Source: Octopus sinensis (lineage: Eukaryota). Taken from it: a DNA stretch of 64,000 nucleotides. Below are positions 1-14,128 of the stretch, one piece after another (position 1 is the stretch's first letter; the number at the start of each line of letters is the position of its first letter). Location of the stretch: positions 54,622,001 through 54,686,000 of the forward strand of contig NC_043008.1 in assembly GCF_006345805.1 (NCBI RefSeq), read 5' to 3'. A program made the position numbers and the translations under genes. The notes beneath the pieces are model-generated. The model was not told the DNA's origin, did no database searches, and saw only the letters and a program-made list of their open reading frames with translations.

Positions 1-140
1 AAGCACTGAGCATTCCATTATGAGAGCCAAGCATTCCACCTATGGAGCAGGCAACAGTAAGGTAGCCACACAATTTTGAAACAGTGTTATTTCTACGTTC
101 AGGATAATATGGTACCTTGGCTCAAGTTGTTTCGTAAAAT

Positions 141-248
141 ACTAGGGTCAACTTTTATACGGGGTCTATGGAAAATTCCCAATTTTTGGGCTAAAAATAA
201 GGGGTTGACTTTTATACATGAGATCAACAATTACTTGAGTATATACGG

Positions 249-250
<2 letters not shown>
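141..250. mobile_element. Right end of a Tc1/mariner (Tc2/pogo-like) non-autonomous element
   Basis: Ends in CTTGAGTATATACGG followed by a TA run. Internal repeated G(G/T)T(C/T)(A/G)ACTTTTATAC subterminal motifs. Confidence 0.35.
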
Positions 251-282
<32 letters not shown>

Positions 283-1179
283 TTAGAAAAAAACCACCTT
301 TAATATTTTATACATTACATTATTCTTGTAATTTACTTAATCTTTACTTTTTAAATGTTATTTTAATTTTAACTTTTCTATTATATGTAATTTTCTAGAT
401 GGTGTAATTTAATTATTCATTTTGAATTGATAAAAGGTGGTTTTTTTCTAATATTTTTTTCTAATATTTTATATATATTATATTGTGTGGAATTTGATTT
501 AGTATTTCTAAATTGAATTCTTTTCCTTGTAAGTTTGGATTTTATTCCCTCAAATAATAATTATATATATTTGGTTAATGAGAAATGGAAGAGTGAATGT
601 ATGAGAATTTTTATTAGTCACTACAAAATTGTTTCGACCCATCTAGCATTGATCCCTCATGGGTGGGATTCTTAACAACTAGTTTAGGAGCATCTGACGG
701 TGCAGATGTGTCTCTTCAGGTGTTAAATAGATATAACTTATCAAAATAACAGTTCTGCAATGTTTCTTCTCAGTTTGTGTAAAGAAAAGCAGAAAATTAA
801 AGCATATAGCTTCATTTACATAGAGGATCAATAATGAAATAACAGATGCAAAAAAGATACAAACATGCAATACAGTGAAAAAAAGGATTAAATATAACCG
901 TTAACAGATATGGATGTATAAATGCCCTCGCGTAGGTTGTATGGCACATGTGAACTCATTCATGCAATCATCCTCAAAGATCTAAACACCTGCATGTGTA
1001 CAGGTGATGTCAATCGAATGGAGGGAGTGAGCTTATGTCTACACAAACATATGATCCCTATAAAGAAATCATCTGTGTGCTTGTTCGGTAAGAAATTGTC
1101 GAACTCTTATACGTTTTCTAATGATGGGAGAGTCCATCATGATATATAGACATATACATGATATACATGATGTATTTCC

Positions 1180-1218
<39 letters not shown>

Positions 1219-1220
<2 letters not shown>

Positions 1221-1590
1221 TGTAGGAGTGGATGTGTGGTAAGTAGCTTGCTTACGAACCACATGGCTTCGGGTTCAGTCCCACTGGGTGGCACCTTGGG
1301 CAAGTGTCTTCTACTATAGCCTTGGGCCAACCAAAGCCTTGTGAGTGGATTTGATAGACGGAAACTGAAAGAAGCCCGTCTTATATATGTATGTGTATAT
1401 GTTTGTCCCCCCAACATTGCTTGAAAACTGATGCTGGTGTGTTTAAATTCCCATAACTTAGTGGTTCGACAAAAAAGACCAATAGAATAAGTACTAGGCA
1501 TACAAAGAATAAACCCTGGGGGTCGACTTGCTCGACTAAAGGCGGTGCTCCAGCATGGCCACAGTCACATGACTGAAACAAGTAAAAGAA
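1219..1590 (+). mobile_element. SINE family A (tRNA-like head, CORE-like ACCTTGGGCAAGT, tail ...GACTGAAACAAGTAAAAG)
   Basis: A/B-box-like head (TGGATGTGTGG, GGTTCAGTCCC). The same body recurs many times in the window. Confidence 0.8.
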
Positions 1591-1899
1591 TATGGGCTTC
1601 TAAACAGCTTTTTATTCATCAAATTTACTTATAAGGCTTTGGTTAACCTAGGGCTGTAGTAGAAGGTAGTTGCCCAAGGTACCATCTTGGAGTGAGATTG
1701 AACCCAAAATGATGTGGATATAAAGCAAGCTAAAAAAACAGAAGGAGGGAAAAATATAGCAAACGAAACCTTTGAAAGTAAAATTTGCTCTCTAAATACC
1801 AATCAACTAATTAGTATTGAAGTCAGAGTAAACGATTTGATATAAATAAATTAAATATATTTAGAACCTATAGCTTTCAACATGTATATACATGCTCAG

Positions 1900-2253
1900 A
1901 TTAGTATGTGTGTGTGTGTATGTATGTATGTGTGTGTGTGTGTGGTGTGTGTGTGTGTGGTGTGTATGTGTGTGTATGTATATATATATATATGTATATA
2001 TATATATACACATACACAGATGCATATACACACACATAAATACACACACCTGTGTTGTGTATAATTTATGTTTGTACACTACATACAACACATACCCATG
2101 TATGTGTGTGTATGTATATATAGATATATGTATATAAGTATATATTTGTGTATGTATATGTATATAAGTATATATATGTATATATGTGTATATATATGTG
2201 TGTATATATATATATATATGCATATATGTATATATGTACATATATGTATATAC

Positions 2254-2306
<53 letters not shown>

Positions 2307-2515
2307 TTATATACAACATATATATATACATACATATATATATATACATACATATATATATATACATATAGATATATATACATTACATATATATATATAC
2401 ATACTATATATATACATATATATAGATATAGATACACATTATATATATATACATATTATAATATATATATACATATATAATATATATAACATTATATATA
2501 TATATTATAATTATA

Positions 2516-2592
<77 letters not shown>

Positions 2593-2627
2593 TATATAAT
2601 ATAACATATATAATATATATTACATTA

Positions 2628-2665
<38 letters not shown>

Positions 2666-2770
2666 TCATATATATATATATATATATTTATTTATATATA
2701 TATATATTTATTTATATATATATATTTATTACTATATATATATATGTAGTATATATATATATGTATACAC
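1900..2770. repeat. (TG)n/(TA)n compound microsatellite. Similar tracts at about 6925-7840, 14055-14310, 14820-15090, 17955-18460, 20455-20715 and 61130-61600
   Basis: Read directly from the sequence. Confidence 0.95.
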
Positions 2771-3366
2771 AAACACACAACGTGGTTGTGTGTGTAATTC
2801 AGGTATTAAAATGTATACTTTGGCATGTGTATACATGTATAGATTAATAGATGTCATACATTGAAATATTTTCTTAAACACACATATACTTATTTATCCT
2901 ACACTCTGCCTTTCTTCTTCCTCTTTTATCTCGTTCTCTCTCGTTTGTCTATGTGTGTGCATAATATATATACATAGCATTATTAATTTGTTGTCCACTT
3001 TTCCATGCTGGCATGGGTTGGATGGAATTTGTTGAGGCAGATTTTCTACAGCTGGATGGCCTTTCTAACACAAACCTCTACCTGTTTCCATGTAAGGTAA
3101 TATTCCCTCATGGCCAGACATGTTTTCCTGGCAGATTGGAAACAGAGAGGACCACTTGCATAATAGTCACAAATGTTTATAAAACACACACACACACACA
3201 CATCTATATATTTGTGGGTTTCTTTCCAGATCCACTTAGGGCTATTGTAGAAGACACTTACTTGTCTAAGGTTCCACACAGTGGGGTAACCTGGGACTAT
3301 GTGCTTGGGAAGCAAATTCCATATCACACAGCCAAGCCTGTGCCTATATGTATATATATGTATGTA

Positions 3367-3409
<43 letters not shown>

Positions 3410-4039
3410 GTATATGGATATATATGTGTATGTATATATATGTGTATATATATATATATGTGTGTGTATATGTATATATATGTGTATGTATATGTATGTA
3501 TATATGTGTACACACACACACATATATGTATGTATACATATATTAGTGAAACCTTGCCAAATCAGACTGGTGTCCGGAGCTGCTCCCTAACTTACCAGCT
3601 CTGGTCAAATCATTCAACACACACCAGCATGGGCAATGGATGTTAGATGATGATGGTGATGATATAAAGTACAAGGGGCCAATTATTTACGACCGGTGCC
3701 TTGTTAAAAAGCACCGATGCTAATACCACATAAAAGCACTGACCACATTTTGTGAAGTGGTTGGCATTAGGAAGGGCATCCAGTCGGGGAAACCATGGCA
3801 GAACATAAATGGAGACTGGTGTGGCTCCTGGCCTTACCAGCTACTGTCAGTCTGTCTGACCTATGCCAGCATGGGAAATGGACATTAAATGATGATAACT
3901 TTTACTCGTTTCAATCATTGGACTGTGGCCAAGCTGGGGCACTGCCTTGTAGGGTTTTGTTGAATAAATCTGGTACTTATTCTGTTAGTCTCTTTTTACT
4001 GAACTGCTAAGTTACAAGGATATAAGCAAACCAAAACCT

Positions 4040-4724
4040 ACATTATTTACATTTGACGGATATTTGTCCTCATCTTGTTTGTTGTTAACACAACATTTCG
4101 GCTGATATACCCTGCAGCCTCCTTCAAATTCTGAGTTCGATTCCAAGCAGTGACCTGAAGAACAACAACAACAATGACAACAACGACAACAAGTGCCCTG
4201 ATGCAGTACCAGGTAGTGGCTCTCATGGTTTCTGATCTTAACTGATTGGAAGTGTTATCATGTACATTGTTTTGTCTTGGTATAAAAGATGGGCTACAGC
4301 AAATATTCTGCTCAATACCACAGATTTGCTTGTCAGTTGTTTGACCTTAACCAGTTGAGCATGTCCCTTAGTGGCTGACGATATGTGCATCTCTGATCAC
4401 GAGCAGAAGTAGTGGGGGAGCATCATAGCCATGTGTTGAAAGGAATTCTTGAAGGTTTGGATAATTCACCTTTGGAAATATGGGTGTTTTGTTCAACATC
4501 CTTAAATAATCCTTACTCAGGGACCTTTTGAGTGGGATGGGCTACTCGACCAGAAGAAAACTCTAACTGGGCCCCACCTGCAAGGTCATGTGCTGTTTAT
4601 CTTGATATGAGATCATCATGTCGCGCACATATGGTTGTGATGCATGTGCCTGGTGTACCCTTATACTGGGCTTCGTATATTTTACCCCAGTATCACTTTG
4701 ATGGCATGCACTGCTCTCTCACTC

Positions 4725-4770
<46 letters not shown>

Positions 4771-4953
4771 TCGAAAAATACCATAGGAATGATAACCCAG
4801 GTTTGAAATTTCCCCAAGACACCTGATGAAGGCTGGAGAGTATATCAGCTGAAACGTTGTGTTAACAACAAACAGGATGAGGATAAATATCTGTCGAATG
4901 TAAATAATGTAAATAATGTACATAATTCCTCATCTCTTAAATATAGAACTGTA
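4040..4953. mobile_element. Composite Penelope-like insertion with inverted terminal segments and 12-bp target-site duplication
   Basis: About 85-bp inverted repeats (4041-4126 vs 4827-4909) and direct repeat AAACCAAAACCT at 4028-4039 and 4954-4965. It interrupts a minus-strand SINE and carries a hammerhead motif. Confidence 0.55.
4818..4863 (+). ncRNA. Minimal hammerhead ribozyme motif in a Penelope-like terminus
   Basis: GACAC-CTGATGA-A-GGCTG-(10 nt)-CAGCT-GAAA-CG-TT-GTGTT. Helix III is reduced to the palindrome ACGT. Confidence 0.55.
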
Positions 4954-5679
4954 AAACCAAAACCTGTTGTCAAGCGGTGCTGGGACACACACATACACAC
5001 AGGACACAACAAAACCCATCTGTCAATCAATTTAAAGGGTCTGTTATACACATGCACATTGGGCTTCTTTTAGTTTCTTTTTGCCAAATTCATTCACATG
5101 GCTTTGGTTGGTCTGAGGGTATTTTAGAAAACACTTGCCCAAGGTGTCTTGCTGTGGGACTGAACCAAAATCCATCTGGTGGTTGCAAAAGTGAGCTCTT
5201 AACCATGCAGCCATACCTGTATATATATAAAAAAAAATTCGATGATCGGTACAGTGACCGAATTGGAAATGACACACGCTTTATTAATTTGTATGCAATT
5301 AAAGAGGTGTGTGTGTGTGGTGGGGATATAACGAGAGAGAGAGAGAGAGAGAGAGGGAGAGACTATAAAGAAAAAATATCAAATCCCTTTTCTTAGATTT
5401 TCTACTCTCTTCACCTCACCTCCTACACACTAACACACACAAAATGAAACACAGCCAAACAAAAATAAATAAAGTGTATAAATATGGTGGGAATGGGTGG
5501 TGGTAGTGGTTGGTGGTGGTGGTTGGTGGGTGGGGGAGATGGTGTCGACGCCGGCAACATGCATAATGAAGTCCGTTCCCCGCAAAACAACGTTTTCAGA
5601 AATATTTAGGTATTTTGATTTCATGAAGATAATTATATGGTTTGGGGGGTCGGAAAAAAAAATTAAAGCTACTACTACT

Positions 5680-5756
<77 letters not shown>

Positions 5757-6155
5757 TTGGTGGTAGTGGTGGTAATGCTATTATGGCTTATCTAAAATAG
5801 CTCATACACTGGAGGTAGGTACAAGTTAGGCTGAAGAACAGGAAGGAAAAGGAAAAGGAAATGATACATATATATACATACATGTATATATGTATATCTA
5901 TCTATCTATCATCATCATCATCATCATCATCATCGTTTAACGTCCGCTTTCCGTGCTAGCATGGGTTGGACGATTTGACTGGGGACTGGCGAACCAGATG
6001 GCTACACCAGGCTCTAATCTTGATCTGGCAGAGTTTCTACAGCCGGGTGCCTTTATGTGCCATCGGCACGAGGGCCAGTCAGGCGGTACTGGCAACGGCC
6101 ACACTCAAATGGTATTTTTTACGTGCCACCTGCACTGGTGGCAAATATCAATAAT

Positions 6156-6369
6156 CTTTTCTACTCAAGGCATAAGGCCCAAAATTTTTGGGGAGGAGGC
6201 CAGTCGATTAGATCAATCCCAGTATGCAACTGGTACTTAATTTATCGACCCCGAAAGGATGAAAGGCAATATCGACCTCGGCGGAATTTGAACTCAGAAT
6301 GTAGACAGACGAAATAGCACTAAGCATTTCGCCCAGCATGCTAACGTTTCTGCCAGCTCGCCACCTACT
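6156..6369 (-). mobile_element. SINE family B with 14-bp TSD. Further copies at about 25130-25440, 30530-30735, 33449-33850, 34293-34522, 43740-43955, 47600-48450, 49118-49340, 58030-58350 and 60554-60772
   Basis: CAAATATCAATAAT occurs at 6142-6155 and 6370-6383, and the body is the reverse complement of family B. Confidence 0.8.
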
Positions 6370-7023
6370 CAAATATCAATAATGTCCTCCCTGGGTACAA
6401 TGAATTTCACTATGATGATTGTTTTCGTATTTTTAGAGAACAGGAAACGCTTTGTTGGAATGATGTTACATGACTGTAATATAAATTACAGTTCTAATTC
6501 AGTATGTTGTGCATAAAATATATTGCTTTATTACTGATGTGTTGTCCTAACTACAGATATGCATTTCAAGCTATCCATTATGGAGTTAGTCAAATTTATG
6601 ACTGCTTTATATATGGCTGAATATTCTGTGAATTGATTGGGGGAAGAAAACAATGTATGTCTTCTCTGAGGAGCAGGCAGTAAATGATGAAACAATCCTT
6701 CAGGAAACTACCTGATTCTTATGTTTTTTGCACATCAAAATCATAAAAATCAATGTGTGTACCGTTGGTGATTTTTTTTCCTCTGTCTTCCCTTCTCCTA
6801 TGTTTCCAACGAAGAGCTCCGCTCGAAACGTTAAACCCTCCTTCTTTCCTTAGTGCCCAATAATACTATATTTGTTCCACGTCCTCGCGTTGTTGTGTTT
6901 TTTGTGCTTTCATGTTTGGATTTACTATATATATATATATATCATCATCATCATCATCATATATATATATACACATAGATATCACATATAATATAATATA
7001 TATATATATATCTATATATATAC

Positions 7024-7067
<44 letters not shown>

Positions 7068-7105
7068 ATAGACTATATTATATACATATACATATATATA
7101 TATAT

Positions 7106-7136
<31 letters not shown>

Positions 7137-7143
7137 TATAATA

Positions 7144-7225
<82 letters not shown>

Positions 7226-8129
7226 CATATATATATTATATACATATTACATCATAATTGGAATTTTTGACGTCCACATATCCATGCTAGCATGAGTGGG
7301 TATAGAATTTGTTGAGGTGGATTTTACAAACCCATACACATAATACACATACACACATGCATATAAACACACACAAAATATACCTACATATATGAACATA
7401 TATACATATGTACATAAACAAATGCACACATTTATATAGTTATATATAAATACACATATATATGTGTGTATATACATATATAATTATACAAATATATACA
7501 TACATTATATATATGTATATATGTATATATATATATGCATATGTATGTATATAAACACGTATTTATATATATATATATTCATGTGTGTGTGTGTGTGGTG
7601 GGGTATAAATGTATGTACATGTATATATGTATAATTATATATGTTTACATATATATGTATGTATATATATATGTATGTGTGCATATGTATATATATATAT
7701 ATGTATGTATATGTATATATATATATGCATGTATGTGTGCATATGTATATATATATATATATGTATGTATATGTATATATATATATGCATGTATGTGTGT
7801 ATATATATATATGTATATATATGTGTGTGTGTGTGTGTATGAAGACAGTGATAGTGGAGGGGTTGAGAAAAGAAAGTCTAACAAAGGTGACCTTTTCGAA
7901 TTCCTTTGCCAACTCTAGGTCAGTCAATGCCACTTGTAAACGCTAATTTTAGGGTTTCCGTTCATAAAACAGGACGGGGGGGGGGGGTGGTGGGGGTGGT
8001 GGTGGTCGGGATTGTTGTTCTTGTTGTAATTGTTATTTGAGTTCTTGAAGTGGCAGTAATATTGTATTGTGTGTATCTTGTGTGTGGTGTGTGTTGTGTG
8101 TGGTGTGTTTGAGACTATCTCTGTCTCTC

Positions 8130-8176
8130 TTTCTCAATTGATCTATCTATATGTCTATCTATCTATTTCTCTTATC

Positions 8177-8269
<93 letters not shown>

Positions 8270-8270
8270 G

Positions 8271-8309
<39 letters not shown>

Positions 8310-8442
8310 GTCTATCTGTCTGTCTATCTAGTCTATCTATCTGTCTTTCCCTGTCTGTCTTTGTGTCTGTGTCTATCCATGTGTCTGTCTATCTACCTGT
8401 CTGTCTGTTTGTCTGTCTATCTATCTCCCTGACTGTCTCTGT

Positions 8443-8533
<91 letters not shown>

Positions 8534-8677
8534 CCTGCCTACCTGCTTGCCTGTCTGTCTGTCTGTCTCTGTCTATCTGTCTCTCTATCTAAATTATCTA
8601 CCTATCTATCTATCTGTCTGTCTGCCCTGCCTGTCTGTCTGTTTGTCTGATGATCTATCTATCTATCTATCTATCTA

Positions 8678-8742
<65 letters not shown>

Positions 8743-8745
8743 GTG
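8130..8745. repeat. (TATC)n/(TGTC)n compound tetranucleotide array
   Basis: Read directly from the sequence. Confidence 0.95.
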
Positions 8746-9107
8746 TGTGTGTGTATGCATGTATGTATGAATGATTGTCTTCTCTTACCTATAGTGCATT
8801 TGTGGTCCTGCTTTTTCTGTTATGGTGTGTGCATGGCAGGGGTTGTGGTAAGGACTTAAGGATGTTTAAAAAAAGATTTCAGGGCAAAGGGTGAAGGTAG
8901 CCGTGGAAGCGGAGGTGGGTGTCCGGGGGAGGGGGCAGGGAGAGCTTGTAATTGAGCTCAAGAAATGGAGAAAGAATAGTTCAGCAGTGAATAAACAAAC
9001 AAACAAACAAAGTTTAATAGATGAAAGAATAAATATATAAATAAAGGATAGCATTTAGTAATATTTAATTCTAAATAGAGATAGATAAATTACTGACAGA
9101 CAGGAAA

Positions 9108-9960
9108 ATGGTGGTGGTGATGGTGGTGGTGGTGATGGTGATGGTGGTGGTGGTGATGGTGGTGGTGGTGGTAGTGATGGTGGTGGTGGTGATGGTGGGG
9201 TTGGGTGGTGGTGGTGGTGGTGGTGGTGGTATGAGTGTTGGTAAAAGTGGTGGTGTTACTGTTAGTGGTGGAGGTATAGGTGCTAGTAAAAGTGGTTGTA
9301 GGCGCTAGTATGTGAGTGTTAGTTGTGGTGGTTTTGGTGGTGGTGTAGGTACTAGTGATAATGGTGGTTTAGGTGATAGTAGTGCTGGTGGTGGTGATAG
9401 TGGTGGTGGCGGCATTGACATTGGTAAAAATGGTTGTGTTAGTGGTGGAGGTATAGGTGCTAGTGAAAGTGGTTGTGGGTGCTAGTATGTGAGTGTTAGT
9501 TGTGGTGGTGGTGATGGTGTAGGTACTAGTGAAAATGGTGGTTTAGGTGATAGTGCTGGTGGTGGTGTTGGTAGCCTGAATGTTTGTGTGGTGGTGGCGG
9601 CATTGACATTGGTAAAAATGGTTGTGTTAGTGGTGGAGGTATAGGTGCTATGCTCATGGTGGTGTGGGCTCTAGTAGTGGTAGTGGTGTGAATGTAAGTG
9701 TTAGTGATGTGGGTATTAGTGGTGGTGGTGATGTAGGTGCTAGTGATGGCAGTGGTGTAGGTGATAGTAGTGGTGTTGGTGTTAGTGGTGGTGTCAGGTG
9801 GATGTTAGTGTGGTAGTGTGGGTGCTAGTAGTGGTGCTGTGTTGGTGGTGGTGGTGGTGGTGGGATGCTGGTGAGGTTGTGGGTGTTGGTAGAGGTGGAG
9901 CTGTGGGTGCTAGTACTGAGGGTGTTGTGGTGGTGATATCAGTGGTGGTTTTGCCATGGT
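9108..9960. repeat. GTG-rich array with approximately 180-bp recurring blocks
   Basis: GTTAGTGGTGGAGGTATAGGTGCTA occurs at 9261, 9438 and 9626. Confidence 0.75.
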
Positions 9961-10008
9961 GTCTTAATCATCTTAGCAGAAAATAAAGGGAATACAAACT
10001 TTGTGCAT

Positions 10009-10052
<44 letters not shown>

Positions 10053-10132
10053 CCACACCCACACACACACACATATCCACACCCACACACATGCATATAT
10101 AAACATACACACTAACACACATTGACACAGAC

Positions 10133-10955
10133 GAAGCTGCCTGTCTTTGTCTCTCTTCCATGACTTCATCCCGTAATACACACACTACACACACTCGGAC
10201 ACCACACACATATACACATCCATGTAAATAACACTGTTACATTCACTCATAAGCTGCCTGTCTTTGTCTCTCTTCCATGACTTCATCCCGTTACACACAC
10301 ATACACACACTCTCAACACACACACCATATACACATCCATGTAAATAACACTGTTACATTCACTCATGAAGCTGCCTGTTCTTGTCTCTCTTCCATGACT
10401 TCATCCCGTATACACACACATACACACACTCAGACACACACACACATATACACATCCATGTAAATAACACTGTTACATCACTTCATGAAGCTGCCTGTCT
10501 TTGTCTCTCTTCCATGACTTCATCCCGTATACACACACATACACACACTCAGACACACACACACATATACACATCCATGTAAATAACACTGTTACATTCA
10601 CTCATGAAGCTGCCTGTCTTTGTCTCTCTTCCATGACTTCATCCCGTATACACACACATACACACACTCAGACACACACACACATATACACATCCATGTA
10701 AATAACACTGTTACATTCACTCATGAAGCTGCCTGTCTTTGTCTCTCTTCCATGACTTCATCCCGTATACACACACATACACACACTCAGACACACACAC
10801 ACATATACACACACACATACACATGCTCACACTCAAACACACACACATACATACACACACATTCACATGCTCACACTCAGACACAATCATATACACATCC
10901 ACACAAATACACTGTTACATTCACTCATGAAGCTGCCTATCTTTGTCTCTCTTCC
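10133..10955. repeat. 119-bp minisatellite, about 7 copies
   Basis: Identical ORF starts at 10382, 10501, 10620 and 10739 (period 119). The unit is GAAGCTGCCTGTCTTTGTCTCTCTTCCATGACTTCATCCCGT plus CA-rich sequence. Confidence 0.9.
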
Positions 10956-11360
10956 ATTACCCCATCACCTACAACTATTTACTCTACGCAACCTCTTCCA
11001 TTTACATCGAAACTCATCTAATCAGCCTCTCCACCATCCTCTGCCTTGGTTGAACCGAGACAATTTAGTATAAAGAAAGTCCCTTAGTTCATGCCCTTCC
11101 AACATGGAAAGGAGGCAAGAAGTCAGTCGTGCTGATGACGCAAATTCATCCAGTACACCATGTAAAGTCGGTGGTGTTAGGAACGGTTTCCTGTCATAAG
11201 ATAACCAGGCCAAATGAAATGTATATGTGAGTGAGATGTGATCCTCAGAGCTATCTATAAAGGGAAATAATTATGTAAGAGCTGTCTGAAACTCCTTTGG
11301 TAACAGGACACTCTGCAAGATATTTGGATTCCATTGTCTGATTTTGTAGCCAAACAACAA

Positions 11361-11674
11361 TTTTATTATTATGCGCCTTTTTCAAGCCTAGCCAGGCTCA
11401 TGGGCCCGGTTTCCCAGTTTCTGTGGCGTATGTGTTCCCCTCCAGCTGAACGGGACACTAGTCCAATGCAGTGTTTCTCAAGAAACATAAAGAAAGAGTG
11501 AGAGAAAGTTGCATCAAAAGAGTACAACAGGGGTCACCACCACCCCCTGCCGGAGCCTTGTGGCGCTCTAGGTGTTTTCACTCAATAAACACACACAATG
11601 CCCGGTCTGGGAATCGAAACCGCAATCCTCCGACCGCGAGTCCGCAGCCCTAACCACTGGGCCATTGCGCCTCC
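11361..11674 (-). mobile_element. SINE family C (tRNA-derived head) with 13-bp TSD. Related heads at 13181-13480 (+), 47447-47580 (+) and about 53880-54006 (-)
   Basis: AGCCAAACAACAA occurs at 11348-11360 and 11675-11687. The head TGGCCCAGTGGTTAGGG...GGTTTCGATTCCC has A and B boxes. Confidence 0.8.
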
Positions 11675-14058
11675 AGCCAAACAACAACCTTACTCATAAA
11701 ACTGGGACGTGTCCTGTTGTATGATTTAGGAATGTCATCTCGGACTGTTTGTCATGTTGCTTGATTTTCAGAGTTAGATTTGCCTCATGGTCATGGTGGA
11801 TGAGGAAGAATCTCATGCAGATAGGAACTGAAGTGCTGTTACCATCTGTTTCATGCTGCATTTGCTGAACATGCATGCAGTACAGTTCTATATTTGAGAG
11901 ATGAGGAATTATGTATATTATTTACATTATTTACATTTGATGAATATTTCTCCTCATCTTGTTTGTTGTTAACACTGGCACTTTATCAAGCATGTATACT
12001 AGCTGAATTATTTTCTAAATTTCACATGTCCTTTGCATTCAGGGCCCACATCCCACTACCATGTAGAATTGCTGTCTGTATACATGCATCATACAATCTT
12101 CTCACTTGGAGAGAGAAACCTTTTGTGGTCAACCAAGGTAACAGGTCTCTGAATTTCCTCTATCCTATTCTTATTCTGGCATGTAAAAAGCACCAACCGA
12201 TCGTGGCCGTTGCCAGCCTCCCCTGGCCCCTGTTCCGGTGACACATAAAAAGCACCCACTACACTCATGGAGTGGTTGACGTTAGGAAGGGCATCCAGCT
12301 GTAGAAACACTGCCAGATCAGACGTGAGCCTGGTGCAGCCTCCTGGCTTCCCAGACCCCGGTCGAACCGTCCAACCCATGCTAATATGGAAAACGGACGT
12401 TAAACGATGATGATGATAATTCCTATTCTAGGCATCACAATCTCTGTGCGTCCTCCCCCGCTACTAATTTAGTCCCCTAGGTAGCAGAAATTGTCTACTC
12501 TTCAATGTAGTGCTCCAGCATGGCCACAGTCGAAAAGCTGAAACAAGTAAAGAGAAGATATTAATAAAGTAAAAGAGAAGATAACAATAAAAATAAACAA
12601 AATAAATAGGTTAATACACTTAAAAAAGTGTAATAAAATCCAGTACAATATTAAGAATTAACAATAAAACGAAACCATTTTCATTACAAATATTGTAAAA
12701 AAAATTTCAAAAATACCTTTAATAAATATCAACACAAAAAACTTTTATAAAAAACTGCAATAAAACAAAAAACCCAACATCAACAGCCCACGTAAAAAAG
12801 CTAATAAAATCTAGCAATAAAAACCGTCATATATAAAAATAATCTCCAATAAGAAATATATTAAAATGACCTGTTTGTAAATTATTGGGGAAAAATAAAG
12901 TTATTTATTGACTTCAATTATTAATTACAGTAATCTACTCTCTCTCTCTCTCTCTCTCTCTTCTTTATTTCTTCTTTGCTTTTTCTTTTTCTTTCTGTCA
13001 TTCTCTTCCTGTTATCTTTTTCCTTTTTATTGCTGTTTCCTTCATGTTTTTTTTCTTTCCTTTTTATTTTATTTTTTGTTTTTTTTTTGTTTTTTTTAAC
13101 CCTATAATTCTTTATTTAGTTTGTCCTTGTTTTTCATCATGATGGTGAAAAACACCACCACTACCACCACTACCACCAGTGGAGGCACGTGGCCTAGTGG
13201 TTAGAGCAGCGGACTTGCGGTCGAGGGATCGCGGGTTCGAATCTCAGACCGGGCGATGTGTGTGTTTATGAGTGAAACACCTAAGCTCCACGCAGCTCCG
13301 TCAGAAGGTAATGGCAAACTTCTGCTGACACTTTCGCCACAACTTTCTCTCTCTCTTTCCTCCTGCATCTTGCAGCTCACCTGCGACGGACCGGCGTCCC
13401 GTCCAGGTGGGGAACCTATACGCCAAGGAAACCGGGAAACCGGCCCTTATGAGCCAGGCATGGCTCGAGAAGGAACAAACAACTACCACCACCACCACCA
13501 CCACCACTATCATTCTCATCATGTCCACATCCACTTTCCTATGTTTGCATGGGTTGAATGGAATTGGGTAGGCAGATTTTTCTATGGCCAAATGCCCTTC
13601 CTGTCATCAACCCTCACCTGTATCCAAGCAAGGTAATATTTGCCCATCGCCAGACAGGTTTTCCATGTAAGACAACAAACAAAGAACACAGCCTGTATGA
13701 TGGCCATGCTTGTTTATAACAACCATGTGATATCCAGAAAAGTACACACACACACACACACACACACTAACACACACATAATGATAACTTTGTGCAGTGC
13801 AAAAAGATCTTGGTAGTAAGCACCAAGCCCGTACACTGTTTGTACAGATGACCAAAAGCAAATTATACAACGGAGTATAGTAACTGGTGTATTTTATATA
13901 CACTATTGAAACAGATGGAAATTTCAATAAGATGACTGCCATGATGCAACTCGTACTATAGCAACAGAATTGCTGATTATACAAATATAAATCGAAGCAT
14001 GCAAGGAACAGCAAAGGTGAATCGAAACTACATATGTTTCCAAGTTAAAGTTGATATG

Positions 14059-14128
<70 letters not shown>

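Noticed and set aside
621-730. Two minus-strand hammerhead-like traces
   Set aside because: The core nucleotides are mutated (CCCATGA; TAAA for GAAA) and helix I is out of register.
1004-1087. Possible upstream castor exon (phase 1/1, TTCG|GTAAGA donor; GDVNRMEGVSLCLHKHMIPIKKSSVCLF)
   Set aside because: It is phase-compatible with 15113, but the acceptor is weak and the peptide has no recognisable Castor similarity. It needs RNA evidence.
6381-6473. Protein-like reading NVLPGYNEFHYDDCFRIFREQETLCWNDVT
   Set aside because: Short, ends in a stop, begins in a SINE target-site duplication and has no suitable splice sites.
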